Translations under genes and position numbers: made by a program
Part shown: in pieces, positions 18,750-29,357 of the stretch
How the letters are laid out: each line of letters begins with the position of its first letter
How positions within the stretch are numbered: position 1 is the first letter of the stretch
Assembly: GCA_963839605.1 (NCBI GenBank)
Contig: CAWIWK010000059.1
Span: 1,126-65,125 of the forward strand
Length of the DNA: 64,000 nt
Origin: an uncultured Acidimicrobiales bacterium
Lineage (GTDB): Bacteria; Actinomycetota; Acidimicrobiia; Acidimicrobiales; UBA8190
Direction of reading: 5' to 3'
The notes under the pieces: generated by a model
What the model was told of the DNA's origin: nothing
The model's input: the letters and a program-made list of their open reading frames with translations, nothing else
Database searches by the model: none

Positions 18750-19481
18750 TCAGGTGGCCACCACGGCGAAGCGGGGGGTGACGCCGAGGAGGCGCTCGGG
18801 GAGGCCCAGCTCGAGCGCGCCGGCCCATTCGACGTCCCGCAGGCGAACGAGTCGGGGGGCCGACCAGCCCGCCTGCGCCGCCAGCGCGGCCACGGCGCGC
18901 GGGTGGGTGCCCGATCCGAGAGGGAGGGCCCGGCGCACATGGGCGGGGTAGGGGGCGTGGTGGTCGTCGGCCCCGCCCCGCGCCTGGCGCAGCCACGTCC
19001 GGGCCCTGCCCCGCAGGCGCTCGAGCGGGTCGACGGCGCCCCACAGCGACTCCACCGCCACCAGCCGGCCCCCGGCCGCGGCGGCCCGCCACGCCCGCAG
19101 GGCGGCCACGGGGTCGGGCAGGGTCCACAGGACGTGGCGCTCCATGACGGCGTCGAACCCGTGGGGAGGGTCCTCGGCCGGCCCCACCACGACGTCGATG
19201 TCGAGGTCCTCGGCCCCCGCCGCGGCCCGAAGGCGCTCGAGCATCCCCGGCGACAGGTCGAGGGCGGTGACGCGGTGCCCGAGGCGCGCCGCCATCAGGC
19301 TCAGGAACCCCGTTCCCGCCCCGCAGTCGAGGACGCGGGCCGGCGCCGGAGGCAGGAGCGCCTCGAGCTCCGCCGCCCAGGCCGCCTGCACCGCCGGGCT
19401 GCGGGGCCGGTGGCCGGGGGAGTCGTCGTAGGTGGCGGCGTCGTCGTTCCAGTAGGCGCGGATCTCGTCGAGGATGGCCAT
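18750..19481 (-). CDS. class I SAM-dependent methyltransferase
   Basis: ARVLDCGAGTGFLSLMAARLGHRVTALDLSPGML (motif I and post-I). Confidence 0.8.
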   Translation of the reverse strand: MAILDEIRAYWNDDAATYDDSPGHRPRSPAVQAAWAAELEALLPPAPARVLDCGAGTGFLSLMAARLGHRVTALDLSPGMLERLRAAAGAEDLDIDVVVGPAEDPPHGFDAVMERHVLWTLPDPVAALRAWRAAAAGGRLVAVESLWGAVDPLERLRGRARTWLRQARGGADDHHAPYPAHVRRALPLGSGTHPRAVAALAAQAGWSAPRLVRLRDVEWAGALELGLPERLLGVTPRFAVVAT

Positions 19482-19521
19482 CCCCGTGTTCTACTTTGGC
19501 GCCCGAGTCGAGGAGGCGCAC

Positions 19522-20300
19522 ATGGAGATCGAGGGGTCGAGCGTGCTCGTGACGGGGGCGTCGTCGGGGATCGGCGCCGCCCTGGCCCGCCTGCTCGCCC
19601 GCCGTGGGGCGACGGTCGGGCTGGTGGCGCGGCGACAGGACCGCCTGGCCGCGGTGCTCGAGGAGTGCCGCCGCGACGCCCCGGGGTCCCGGTCGTGGGT
19701 CGCCGACCTCGGCGACGTGGAGTTGGCCGAGCGGGTGGCGGTGGAGGCGTGGGAGGCGTTCGACGGCCTCGACTGCCTGGTGAACAACGCCGGGGTGCCC
19801 ATGCGCCGCCACACCACCGAGCTCGACTACAGCACCCTGGAGTGGGTGATGCGGGTCAACTTCTTCTCCCCGGCCCGCATGACGATGGCGCTGCTGCCCC
19901 GCATGGCGCGGCGCGGTCGGGGATGATCGTCAACGTGTCGAGCGTGGCAGGCAGGCTCGGCAACGCCAACGAGGCCGCCTATTCGGCCAGCAAGTTCGCC
20001 CTGTGCGGGTGGAGCGAGGCCATCGCTGTCGACCTCTTCGACTCCCCCATCGAGATCAGGCTGGTCAATCCCGGTCCCATCGACACCGAGATCTGGGACC
20101 TCCCCGGCAACGACGACCCGCTCTACTCGGGCCCCAAGATCCCGGCTGCGGAGATGGCCGAGGGCATCGTGACCGCCATGGAGGGCGACACCTTCGAGCA
20201 CTACGTGCCGGACATGCGCTCCATCGTGGAGGCGAAGACCGCCAATCCCGATCCGTTCATCGAGGGGATGGCGTCGATGCTCCGCCCGGGCACGCCCTGA
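19522..20300 (+). CDS. SDR-family oxidoreductase; 1 frame disruption ~19920
   Basis: MEIEGSSVLVTGASSGIGAA...NNAG (ORF 19474..19926), then MIVNVSS...YSASKFAL... (ORF 18903..20300). Confidence 0.8.
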
Positions 20301-20333
20301 CCGGGGTCCCCTGAACGAGGGCGGGCGCGGCGC

Positions 20334-21952
20334 TCAGGTGCGCTCGGTGGCTTCGAGGTAGCTCTCGATCCCGGTGGCGATGCCCTGGGCGGCGAGGGCT
20401 CGCCACTGCGGGTCCTGCACCAGGGCGGCGTCGTGGGCGTTGCGCATGTTGGCGCACTCGATGAGCACCTTGGGCACGGTGGAGAGGTCGAGGCCGCCGA
20501 GGTCCGACCGCTCCACGATGCCGTCCTGGCCGGTGTAGTCCGACGGCGGTTCACCGGTCACCGACGCGAAGGCGTCGCGCACGTCCAGTGCCAACTGGGC
20601 CGACGGGGCGACGATGGCCCTGTTGTCGGAGATCGAGCTCACCACGCCGACCGGGGCGTCGACGGCGAAGCCGACGCCTCCCGGCGGCCCGCCGTCGGCA
20701 TGGATCGACACCGCCGCCGCGGCGTGCAGGTCGTTGGCGATGGCGGCGCGCTCGTTCACGCACGGGCCCACCCCGTCGTCGCTCGTGCGGGTGAGCACCA
20801 CGTCCGCCCCGGCCGCCTCGAGCAGCGCCTGGGTCTGGACCGCCACCGCGAAGGTGAAGGCGTGCTCGGGGTACCCGTTGTCGGTCGAGGTCCCCGCCGT
20901 GTCGCACGGCTCGGTGAAGCCGCCGCCGTCGATGGGCCGGTCGATGGCGCCGGGGTCGGCGCCGTTGCCCCCGTCGTGCCCGGGGTCGAGCACCACCACC
21001 ATGCCGGCCAGGGGCGGCACCGACACCGACCCCCGGTAGGAGGCGGTCCCGAAGGCGTAGACGCCGCCGTCCGCCCCCGCCAGCCAGTAGCCGGCGCCGT
21101 CGGGGGTGGGCGCCACCGCCACCACGGCCCGGTTGAGGACGAGGGCGCCGGTCGAACCCTCGAAGGGGGCGTCGAAGGCGAACACCCCGCCGTCGGAGGC
21201 CACCAGCCAGTAGCCGCCCGTGGCCGGGTCGGCCGCCATCGCCACCACCGGGCGGGACAGGGGCCGCCCTCCATGGACCCGGCGAAGGCGGCGTCGCCGA
21301 AGGCGAACACCCCGCCGTCCGCTCCGGCCAGGAGGTAGCCGCCGCCGTCGGCGGTGGCGGCCATGCCGATCACGGGGGCATGGAGAGCCAGAGCGCCGGT
21401 CGACCCCTCGTAGGGGGCGTCGAAGGCGAACACCCCGCCGTCGGAGGCCACCAGCCAGTAGCCGCCCGTGGCCGGGTCGGCCGCCATCGCCACCACCGGG
21501 CGGGACAGGGGCCGCCCTCCATGGACCCGGCGAAGGCGGCGTCGCCGAAGGCGAACACCCCGCCGTCGGAGGCCACGAGCCAGTAGCCGTCGTCGTCGGC
21601 GGTGGCGGCCATGCCGACGATGGGAGCGTCGAGGGTGCGCCCCCCCCGTCGAACCATCGAAGGGGGCGTCGAAGGCGAACACCCCACCGTCGGAAGCAAC
21701 CACCCAGTAGCCGCCGGTCAGCCGGTCGGGGACGACGTCGACCACGGGGGCGTCGCTCGTGGGGCGAGTGGCGTCGACGACGTGGGCCCGGGTCCCGTGC
21801 ACGCTGCTCCCGGGCCCGCTCCCGGCCCCGCTTCCGGGCACGCCGGTCGAGGCGACCGAGCCCGTCGCCATGAGCACGGCGACGCCGACGACGCCGCACG
21901 CCAGTGCCCCGAGCAGCGTGCGCCCCCGACGAGGCCGACCCGTCGCCGTCAC
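20334..21952 (-). CDS. secreted N-acetylmuramoyl-L-alanine amidase (Amidase_3) preceded by about six [15 protein letters not shown]-type repeats; several frame disruptions
   Basis: C-terminus [12 protein letters not shown]...VSIHADGG...LIECANMRN. Repeats such as [24 protein letters not shown] are spread over three frames. Signal-like [24 protein letters not shown]. Start could be 21952 or 22009. Confidence 0.75.
21143..21660. repeat. tandem ~248-bp DNA repeat (two repeat-blades per unit) inside the amidase gene
   Basis: 21165..21319 is identical to 21413..21567 (155 bp, compared by eye). Flanks are diverged copies. Confidence 0.85.
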
Positions 21953-21987
21953 GGCGTGCGCCGCGGTCGCGGGCGCGGCCCGCCGCT

Positions 21988-22472
21988 TCAAGTGCGAGCG
22001 CCACGGCACGCACCGGATCGTCGGTGCGCATCACGGCGCCGTCGGCCGCGCCCCGGCGGATCAGCTCCCACGTGCCGACGCCGACGACGGGCGTGCCCGA
22101 CCGCAGGGCCAGCGCCATCTCCGACAAAGTGCCGTACTCGCCCCCCACCGCCACCACGGCGTCGGCCGCCCCCACCACCAGCGCGTTGCGGGCCTCGCCC
22201 AGCCCGGTGGGCAGCGCCACGTCCACGTGGGGATTGGCGTCGGCCCGGTCGTGGCCGGGAAGGATGCCGACGGTGAGGCCGCCCGCGCTCTTCGCCCCCC
22301 GGCACGCCGCCTCCATGACACCGCCCAGCCCCCCGCACACGAGCACGGCGCCCGCCTCGGCCACGGCCCGGCCGACGGCCTCGGCCCGCTCGTCGTCCTG
22401 CGTGTGTGCGTCGGCGCCGCCCACGACCGCCACGTAGAGGGGGGCGCCGCCGGGGCGCGGGGATCTCGTCAC
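21988..22472 (-). CDS. TIGR00725/LOG-like (SLOG) Rossmann-fold protein; 3' end uncertain
   Basis: GTG start. LYVAVVGGADA...VLVCGGLGGVMEAACRGAKSAGGLTVGILPG...AVVAVGGEYGTLSEMALAL. The ORF runs on into the amidase region without a stop (track ORF 20334..22472). Confidence 0.65.
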
Positions 22473-22475
22473 GGC

Positions 22476-22535
22476 GTGCGCACTCCCGACGGGCTCACTC
22501 CCACCGGGCTCACTCCCACAGGGCTCACTCCCATC
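22476..22535. repeat. about four tandem 15-bp units (g)ggctcactcccaNN
   Basis: gcgcactcccgac gggctcactcccacc gggctcactcccaca gggctcactcccatc. It spans the gap between the ABC-2 permease stop (22525) and the SLOG gene start (22472). Confidence 0.8.
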
Positions 22536-23259
22536 GGAAGGTGACCGCCGCCGCCAGCGGTGCCGCCACAGCCCAGGTCACGAGCACGAGCCAGGCCCAG
22601 CCGGGCACCGACACACCCAGGCCGAGCGCCCGGTGCAGCGCTTCGGCCAGGGCGGCCGACGGCAGGACCTTGGCCACGCCCTGCAACCCGCCGGGCAGCT
22701 TGGACAGGGGTGCCAACATGCCGCTCACGAGGAGGAGCACGAGCCACAGCCCGTTGGCGGCGGCCAGGTTGACCTCGGCCCGCAGCACACCGGCGAGGAG
22801 GAGGCCGAGGCCCCCGAAGCCGGCGGTGGCGAGCACCACCACCAGCACGGCGAGGCCCAAGCCACCGGCCGTGGGGTGCCAGCCGAGCCCGAGCGCCACG
22901 GGGACGAGCACGGCGAACTGCACGGCTTCGACCACGAGGATGGCCACGATCTTGGCGCCCAGGAGGGCGGGCCGGCCGAGGGGGGTCGCCCCCAGGCGCT
23001 TCAGCACACCCTGGCCCCGCTCGAAACCGGTGGCGATGCTCAGGTTCACGAATGCGGTGCCCATGACGGCGAGGGCCAGGACGCCGGGTGCCAGGAAGGT
23101 GACGGGGTGACCGGTCCCGGTGGGCAGGAGATGGACCTCGGAGAAGAAGACGAGAAGCAGCACAGGGATACCCAGGGTGAGCAGGAGCGACTCGCCCCGC
23201 CGCACGGTCATCCCCACCTCGGCCCCCGACTGGGCGGCCAGCCGGCGCAGCGTGCTCAT
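22525..23259 (-). CDS. ABC-2 type transporter permease
   Basis: 244 aa with six hydrophobic segments. Overlaps the upstream ATPase gene by 4 nt. Confidence 0.8.
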   Translation of the reverse strand: MSTLRRLAAQSGAEVGMTVRRGESLLLTLGIPVLLLVFFSEVHLLPTGTGHPVTFLAPGVLALAVMGTAFVNLSIATGFERGQGVLKRLGATPLGRPALLGAKIVAILVVEAVQFAVLVPVALGLGWHPTAGGLGLAVLVVVLATAGFGGLGLLLAGVLRAEVNLAAANGLWLVLLLVSGMLAPLSKLPGGLQGVAKVLPSAALAEALHRALGLGVSVPGWAWLVLVTWAVAAPLAAAVTFRWE

Positions 23260-24263
23260 GACCGCCCGCCCCCCGATCCGGCCCGGGCCCGGCGGGGGGG
23301 CGACGGCGGGTCACCGTCGTCCTCGGTGGCGGTGACGCGCAGGTAGACCTCCTCCAGCGAGTGCCCGCCCGCCCGGAGCTCGGCCAGGGGGATGTCGCGC
23401 TCGGCCATCCACGCCCCGAGCGCGGCGAGGCGGGCGGGCGTGGCCTCCCCCGCCACGCGGTAGGTCCCCGGCGCCTCCTCGGTGACGCCTTGGTCCCCCG
23501 CCCCGAGGGCCGAGGCCAGCGCGGCCGTGTCGAGCAGGGGCGGTGCCTCGAAGCGGATACCCCCGCCGGAGGTGGCGGCGAGCTCGGCCACCGTGCCGCG
23601 CGCCACGGCGCGGCCGTGGGCGATGATGACGACTTCGTCGGCCAGACGCTCGGCCTCGGGGAGCTCGTGCGTGGTGAGGAGCACGCATGCGCCGCGCCGG
23701 CGTGCGGTGTCGATCACGCGCCGCACGGCCAGCCGGCCCTCGGGGTCCACGCCGGCCGTGGGCTCGTCGAGGAAGAGCACCTCGGGCCGGCCCACGAGGG
23801 CGAGCGCCAGTGACAGCCGTTGCTGCTCGCCACCGGAGAGCCTTCGCCACGGCGTGCGGGCCACCTCGGCCAGACCGACGAGGTCGAGCAGGGTGTCGGG
23901 GTCCTCGGGGTCGTCGTAGTAGTCGGCGAAGAGGTGGAGCACGCGACGGGGTCCCATGACGGGGTAGACACCGCCGCGCTGCAACATGACGCCCATGCGC
24001 AGGACGAGGCGGGCGTGGTCGGCCACGGGGTCGAGCCCGAGGACGCGCACCGTGCCCGCGGCGGCGCGCCGGTAGCCCTCCAGGGTCTCCACCGTCGAGG
24101 TCTTCCCCGCCCCGTTGGGCCCGAGCAGGGCCAGCACCTGCCCCCGCCGGGCGGTGAAGGACAGGCCGTCCACCGCCGTGCGCGCCCCGTAGCGCACCAC
24201 CAAGTCCCGGCAGTCGACGGCGACGTCCCCGGAGGACACCCCGGGAACAGGCGGGATCGGCAT
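23256..24263 (-). CDS. ABC transporter ATP-binding protein (DrrA-like)
   Basis: GPNGAGKTS, LSGGEQQRLSLA, LFLDEPTAGVD. Confidence 0.9.
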   Translation of the reverse strand: MPIPPVPGVSSGDVAVDCRDLVVRYGARTAVDGLSFTARRGQVLALLGPNGAGKTSTVETLEGYRRAAAGTVRVLGLDPVADHARLVLRMGVMLQRGGVYPVMGPRRVLHLFADYYDDPEDPDTLLDLVGLAEVARTPWRRLSGGEQQRLSLALALVGRPEVLFLDEPTAGVDPEGRLAVRRVIDTARRRGACVLLTTHELPEAERLADEVVIIAHGRAVARGTVAELAATSGGGIRFEAPPLLDTAALASALGAGDQGVTEEAPGTYRVAGEATPARLAALGAWMAERDIPLAELRAGGHSLEEVYLRVTATEDDGDPPSPPRRARAGSGGGRS

Positions 24264-24289
24264 CGCGGCGAGGCTACCGTTGGCCCACC

Positions 24290-25581
24290 GTGATCGACAT
24301 CCGCCTGGCCCGCGACGACCCCGACGGCGTCACCGCCGCACTGGTCCGACCGGGGTGGACCCCGCCGACGTCGGGCACCTCGTCGACGCCGACGGCCGGG
24401 CACACGCCGCCGTGGGCCGGCGCGACGCGCTGCGGGCCCGGGTGAAAGAGCTGTCGCGGCAGGTGGGGGAGGCCCGTCGCGCCGGGGAGGACACCCGGGC
24501 GGCGGACCTGGCCGAGGAGAGCCGCGTCCTGGGCGAGGAGGAGCGGGCCGCTGACGCCGATGCCGGCGAGGCCCAGGCCGAGGTGCGCGACGTGCTCCTT
24601 CGCCTGCCCAACCTGCCCTCGCCCCAGGTTCCCGACGGGCTGACCGAGCAGGACAACGTCATCGTCCGCAGCTGGCCCGACGTCCCGCCGTCCTATGGCG
24701 AGCACCAGCGCGTGCCGCACTGGGACGTGGGGGCGGCGCTCGGCATCCTCGACCTCGAGCGTGGCGCCAAGCTGTCGGGCTCGATGTTCCCGCTCTACCG
24801 GGGCATGGGGTCGCGCCTCATCCGCGCCCTGACCGCGTTCGCCCTCGACCACCACGCCGACGCCTACGAGGAGATCCGTCCTCCGACGCTGGTGCGCACC
24901 GAGACCATGATGTCCACCGGGCACCTCCCCAAGTTCGAGGACGACGCCTACCACCTCGAGCGCGACGACCTGTGGGCCATCCCCACCGCCGAGGTCCCCC
25001 TCACCTCCATGTACCGCGGCGACATCCTCGACCAGGCCGACCTGCCGCTGCGGCTGACGGCGGGCACGGCGTGCTTCCGTCGCGAGGCGGGCTCGGCGGG
25101 ACGCGACACGCGGGGCCTGCTGCGCGTGCACGAGTTCGACAAGGTCGAGCTGTTCGCCTACGCCACGGCCGAGGAGTCTCCGGCCGAGCTCGAGCAGATG
25201 GTGGGGCGAGCCGAGGCGTTGTTACGCGAGCTCGGCCTCGCCTACCGGGTGGTCGACCTGTGTGCCGGCGAGCTCGGCATCTCCTCGACGCGCACCTTCG
25301 ACATCGAGGTGTACGCGCCGGGATGCGACATGTGGCTCGAGGTGTCCTCGGTCAGCTGGTGCACCGACTACCAAGCGCGCCGGGCCAACATCCGCTACCG
25401 CCCCACCGATGGTGGGCAGCCCGTGTTCGTCCACACCCTGAACGGCTCGGCCATCGCCTGGGCCCGGGTGTGGGCGGCGCTGGTGGAGACGGGCCGTCGT
25501 CCCGACGGATCGGTGGCGTTGCCCGACGCCCTGGCGCCGTACCTGGGTGGGCGCACCGTGGTCGAGGTGCCGGCCCGGTGA
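24290..25581 (+). CDS. serS: seryl-tRNA synthetase; 1 frame disruption ~24345
   Basis: VIDIRLARDDPDGV (GTG at 24290), then the coiled-coil arm and class II core (GHLPKFEDDAY, TAEVPLT, FRREAGSAGRDTRGLLRVHEF, TLNGSA). Confidence 0.9.
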
Positions 25582-25880
25582 CCGAGCGCCTGTCATGCTC
25601 GCTGCCTGCCGGCGAGCTCGACGAGCGGGCCGAGGAGTGGACAGCGCTCGACCCTCACGTGCGCAGCCGGGGCCGGGTGGCGTCGGGCATACGGATCGAG
25701 TTCGACGGGCGCGCCGCCGAGGACGTCGAGCGGCTGGCCGCGGCCGAGCGCTCGTGCTGCGCCTGGGGGAGCTGGTCGGTCACCGTCGCCCCCGACGCCG
25801 TCGTGCTCGAGGTCACGGGTCCCGCCGCGCAGGTCGACGCCCTGGCTGCGCTCGTCGGGGCACCGCCGGCCGGCGGGTAG
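25578..25880 (+). CDS. small hypothetical protein (~100 aa)
   Basis: VTERLSCSLPAGELDERAEEW...AAAERSCCAWGSWSV. GTGA overlap with serS. No family recognised. Confidence 0.45.
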   Translation: MTERLSCSLPAGELDERAEEWTALDPHVRSRGRVASGIRIEFDGRAAEDVERLAAAERSCCAWGSWSVTVAPDAVVLEVTGPAAQVDALAALVGAPPAGG

Positions 25881-25893
25881 ACCGGGTCGCCGC

Positions 25894-27066
25894 TCAGGCC
25901 GGCCCCGGGACCAGCACGCAGCGCGTGCCGCTGTAGATGGTCGGCATGCACTTGTTGCAGTGCACGCACAGCGACTCCGACGACGTCCCGTCGCGCAGCC
26001 GTGCCACCAGGTCGGGCTGGCGCAGCAGGGCGCGGGCCATGGCCACGAAGGAGAAGCCCTCGTCGAGCGCCCCCTGCACCGTGGCGAGCCGGTTGATCCC
26101 GCCGAGCAGGATGAGCGGCATCGACAGGGCGGCCCGGAACTGTCGGCGTAGGAGAGGAAGAACGCCTCCTCGAAGGGGTAGTCGGGCATGAAGCGCCGCC
26201 CCACCAGGCGGAAGCCAGGCGCGCCGGTGCGGGGAGCGGGGCGGCGAACTCGCGGCGCGGCGCCTCGCCCCGGAACAGGTACATGGGGTTGGCGAGCGAG
26301 CTGCCGCCCGTGAGGGTGAGCGCGTCCAGGGCGCCGTCCGCCTCGAGCAGGCGGGCCACCTCGACGCTGTCGTCGAGCCACAGCCCGCCCGGTACCCGTC
26401 GGCCATGTTCAGCTTGGCCGTCACCGCCGCCCGGTCGCCGACCGCCTCGCGCACGGCCCGACACCTGCCGGGCGAAGCGGGCCGGTTCTCCACGCTTCCG
26501 CCCGAACTGGTCGCGCCGGCGGTTCAGCTTCGGGCTCAGGAAGGCGCTCAGCAGGTAGTTGTGGCCGAGGTGGATCTCGATGCTGTCGAACCCTGCCTCC
26601 ACCACGGCCCGCGCCGCGCCGCGGTAGTCCTCGGTGATCCGCGACACGTCGGCGGCGGTCACGGCGCGGCTGACGGTCCCGAGGGGGCTCACGTGACGTG
26701 ACGGGGCCAGGGCGGGCGGGCCGTTCGACCGGGGGTTGGCCACGGGCCGGCGTGGCCGAGCTGGGCGGCCACCGCCGCCCCCGTGGCGTGCACGGCGTCG
26801 GTGAGGCGCCGCAGGCCGGGGAGCGCGTCGTCGCCCACCACCACGCAGTGGCGGTCGGTGCGGCCCTCGGGCGACACGGCGAGGTACGCCACCGTCGTCA
26901 TGGCCGCCCCGCCCGCACCCACACGTCGGTGGAAATCGACGAGCGCGTCGGTGACGGCGCCGCGCGGCGACGCGCCCTCGAACGTGGCCGCCTTGATGAA
27001 CCGGTTGCGCAGGGTGAGGGGTCCGAGCCCGCGCCGGCTCGAACGGCGCCGGGCGGGACCCGTCAC
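25894..27066 (-). CDS. NADH:flavin oxidoreductase (Old Yellow Enzyme family); 4 or more frame disruptions
   Basis: LGPLTLRNRFIKAATFEG, AVHATGAAVAAQLGHAG, EAGFDSIEIHLGHNYLLSAFLSP and LLGGINRL..FVAMARALL are spread over ORFs 26689, 25655 and 25894. The GTG start overlaps the regX3 stop (GTGA). Confidence 0.75.
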
Positions 27067-27781
27067 GTCCGGTGGAGATCTCGAAGCGGTAGCCGACGCC
27101 CCGGACCGGTGGTGATGATGGTGGGCGCCGACGAGTCCGGCCTCGACGTGGCTCCGCAGCCGCTTGATGTGGACGTCGAGCGTCTTCGTGTCGCCGACGT
27201 AGTCGGACCCCACACACGGTCGATGAGCGTGTCGCGGGTGAGGACCCGGCCCGCGTTCTCGATGAGCAGCGACAGGAGCTCGAACTCCTTGCGACGCAGG
27301 TGCACCTCTCGCCGCGCACGAAACCCGGTGGCGGTCGGGGTCGAGCCGCACGCGCCCACCTCGAGAACGCCCCCGTTGTCGACGGCGCCGCCGCCGGCCC
27401 CGGCCGGGAGCCGCCTCGCTGCCCGGCGAGCGACGGAGCACCGCGCGCATGCGGGCCACGAGCTCGCGGAGGCGGTAGGGCTTGGTGACGTAGTCGTCCG
27501 CGCCCACCTCGAGACCGACCACGGTGTCGATCTCGGTGCCCTTGGCCGTCACCATGATGATCGGCACCTGCGAGTCGGGCCGGATGGCGCGGCACACGTC
27601 GACCCCCGACATCTTGGGGAAGCATGACGTCGAGCAGCACGAGATCCGGTTCGAGGGAGTCGAACATGGCCAGCGCCTCGGGCCCGTCGCGGGCGATGGA
27701 GACGTCGAAGCCCTCGCGCCCGAGCCCGATGACGAGCGCGTCGACGAAGGACTCCTCGTCCTCGGCCACGAGGACCGTCAC
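27063..27781 (-). CDS. regX3: OmpR-family response regulator, RegX3-like; 4 or more frame disruptions
   Basis: VTVLVAEDEESFVDAL...DLVLLDVMLP, MSGVDVCRAIR..PIIMVTAK..EVGADDYVTKPY, LRRKEFELLSLL, DYVGDTKTLDVHIKRLR and VRGVGYRFE lie in three frames. Confidence 0.8.
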
Positions 27782-27783
27782 CG

Positions 27784-27837
27784 CCCCGCCGGAGGCGGGG
27801 ACGTTGTCGCGGCCCCTGCCGGCCGCGCCGGCAGGGG
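27784..27837. other. two perfect GC hairpins in the senX3-regX3 spacer
   Basis: ccccgcc-gga-ggcgggg (27784..27800) and cccctgccggc-cgc-gccggcagggg (27813..27837). Confidence 0.7.
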
Positions 27838-27909
27838 GATCGGCCGGCGCGGACCATGCCCGGGGCGCGCCGCGTGGCCCGACTGTGCTCCGGGGGAACT
27901 GCTCACGAC

Positions 27910-29240
27910 TTAGCCGACCTCCGAATGGGCGGGCAGGATCAGGCGGAAGGTCGACCCCTCACCCTTCGCGCGAGTCCACCTCGACGTGGCCCTGATGGTT
28001 GGCGGCGACGTGCCGCACGATCGAAAGGCCGAGGCCGGTGCCACCGCTGTTGCGGCTGCGACCCTGGTCGACACGGTAGAAGCGCTCGAAGATGCGATCG
28101 AGGTCACGGGCCGGGATGCCCACGCCGTGGTCTTCCACCATCAGGCGGACCTGGCCCTCGGCCATGCCGCCCGAGATCGTCACCGAGCCGCCGTCGTAGG
28201 AGAACTTCACGGCGTTCTCGAGGAGGTTGTAGAGCGCGGATACGAGCTGGCGCCGGTCTCCGAGCACCGTCACCGGCGGCGGCTCCTCGAGCACGATCTT
28301 CACGTCGCGCTGTTCGGCCGCGGCGCGGACCCGCTCAACCGCCTCCGCCATGACCAGGTTGACGAGCACGGGCTCGCGGCGGCGGCGCCTCCTCCGCCTC
28401 GATGCGCGACAGGTCGAGCAGGTCGTCGATGATCCTGCTCACCCGGAACGCCTCGGGGTGGATCCGGCTGGCCAGTCGCTGGGCCACGGTGGGGTCCACC
28501 TCCGCCACCAGTGTCTCGGCCAGGAGCCCCAGCGCGCCCATGGGTGTCTTCAGCTCGTGGCTGACGTTGGCCACGAAGTCACGGCGGATCTCCTCCAGGC
28601 GGCGGCGCTCGGACACGTCGTCAATGGCCGCGATCACGCCCAGTGTGCGGCGCCCGTCGTCGATGAGCTGGGTTGACACCGCCAGCGTGCGCCGCGGTGG
28701 GCCGTAGAGATCGAGGGTCCGGTTGGCCGAGCCCTGCTTCCACGCGTCGGCGAGCAGGTCGACCACGGCCTGGGCGGCGAGCGCGTCGCCGTGGCGTCCG
28801 CCCATGAGGCCGACGGCCCGGGCGTTGCGGAACACCACCGTGCCGTTCTCGTCGCACACGATCACACCCTGGGGCAGGGTGTCGAGGGCACGCCGGAGCC
28901 GGATGGCGTCGGCCGACGATTCGGCCACCGCCTCCGCAGCGCGGTCGGTGACGAGCTCGAGATGGTGCAGTGCCGGCTCGACCCCGGTGCCGCTCTCCTC
29001 GGTGGGGGCGTCGACACCGAGGCGCGAGGCCAGGGCGGAGAGCCGTTGCTCGAGTGCCTGTCGACCCGAGCGCCGACCCAGCACGGTGGCCACGACCACC
29101 CCGATGATCCCGAGCGCGGCGAGCGCGACGAAGCCGACGATCACCACGCTCGAATCGACTCCGCCGGCGCCGAGCACGGCAACAGCATGACAGGGCTGGA
29201 CGCGCGCCGGGTCTGGCGTCCGCGGCGCACCGCCCGCCAT
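27910..29240 (-). CDS. senX3: PAS-containing sensor histidine kinase, SenX3-like; about 2 frame disruptions
   Basis: TM anchor, PAS-like LPQGVIVCDENGTVVFRN, H-box RRDFVANVSHELKTP, N/G boxes LLENAVKF and GGTGLGLSIVRHVAANH, tail GEGSTFRLILPA. Pieces are in ORFs 28335, 27959 and 27910. Confidence 0.8.
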
Positions 29241-29293
29241 CCCCGCTGCGGCGACCGTCCGGCCACGTGGTCCGGGAGTTGGAGTGAAACATC

Positions 29294-29332
29294 TTGAAAA
29301 GTCATGAAAAGGCACCTATCGTCATGAAGAGG
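29294..29332 (+). promoter_or_regulatory. predicted promoter (-35 TTGAAA, 17 nt, -10 TATCGT) with two 12-bp direct repeats GTCATGAA(A/G)AGG 20 bp apart
   Basis: TTGAAA 29294..29299 and TATCGT 29317..29322. Repeats at 29301..29312 and 29321..29332. SD GGGAGGAG at 29344..29351. The only AT-rich island in the divergent senX3/T4SS-like spacer. Confidence 0.45.
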
Positions 29333-29357
29333 TGACCCGACGTGGGAGGAGAGCGAC

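Noticed and set aside
20334-22472. 712-aa apparent fusion of a TIGR00725/SLOG protein with the repeat-amidase
   Set aside because: The two parts have unrelated architectures, and the amidase has its own signal peptide in another frame (ORF 20756..22009). Continuity is best explained by frame errors and the lack of stops.
22476-22535. CRISPR array (also considered for the other tandem repeats at 35315, 46689, 49374, 58811 and 63031)
   Set aside because: Units are 9-17 bp and directly abutting, with no unique spacers. No cas genes are present.
27782-27909. MIRU-type minisatellite in the senX3-regX3 spacer
   Set aside because: The spacer contains hairpins but no tandemly repeated ~50-77-bp unit, so only the positional analogy to mycobacteria is kept.
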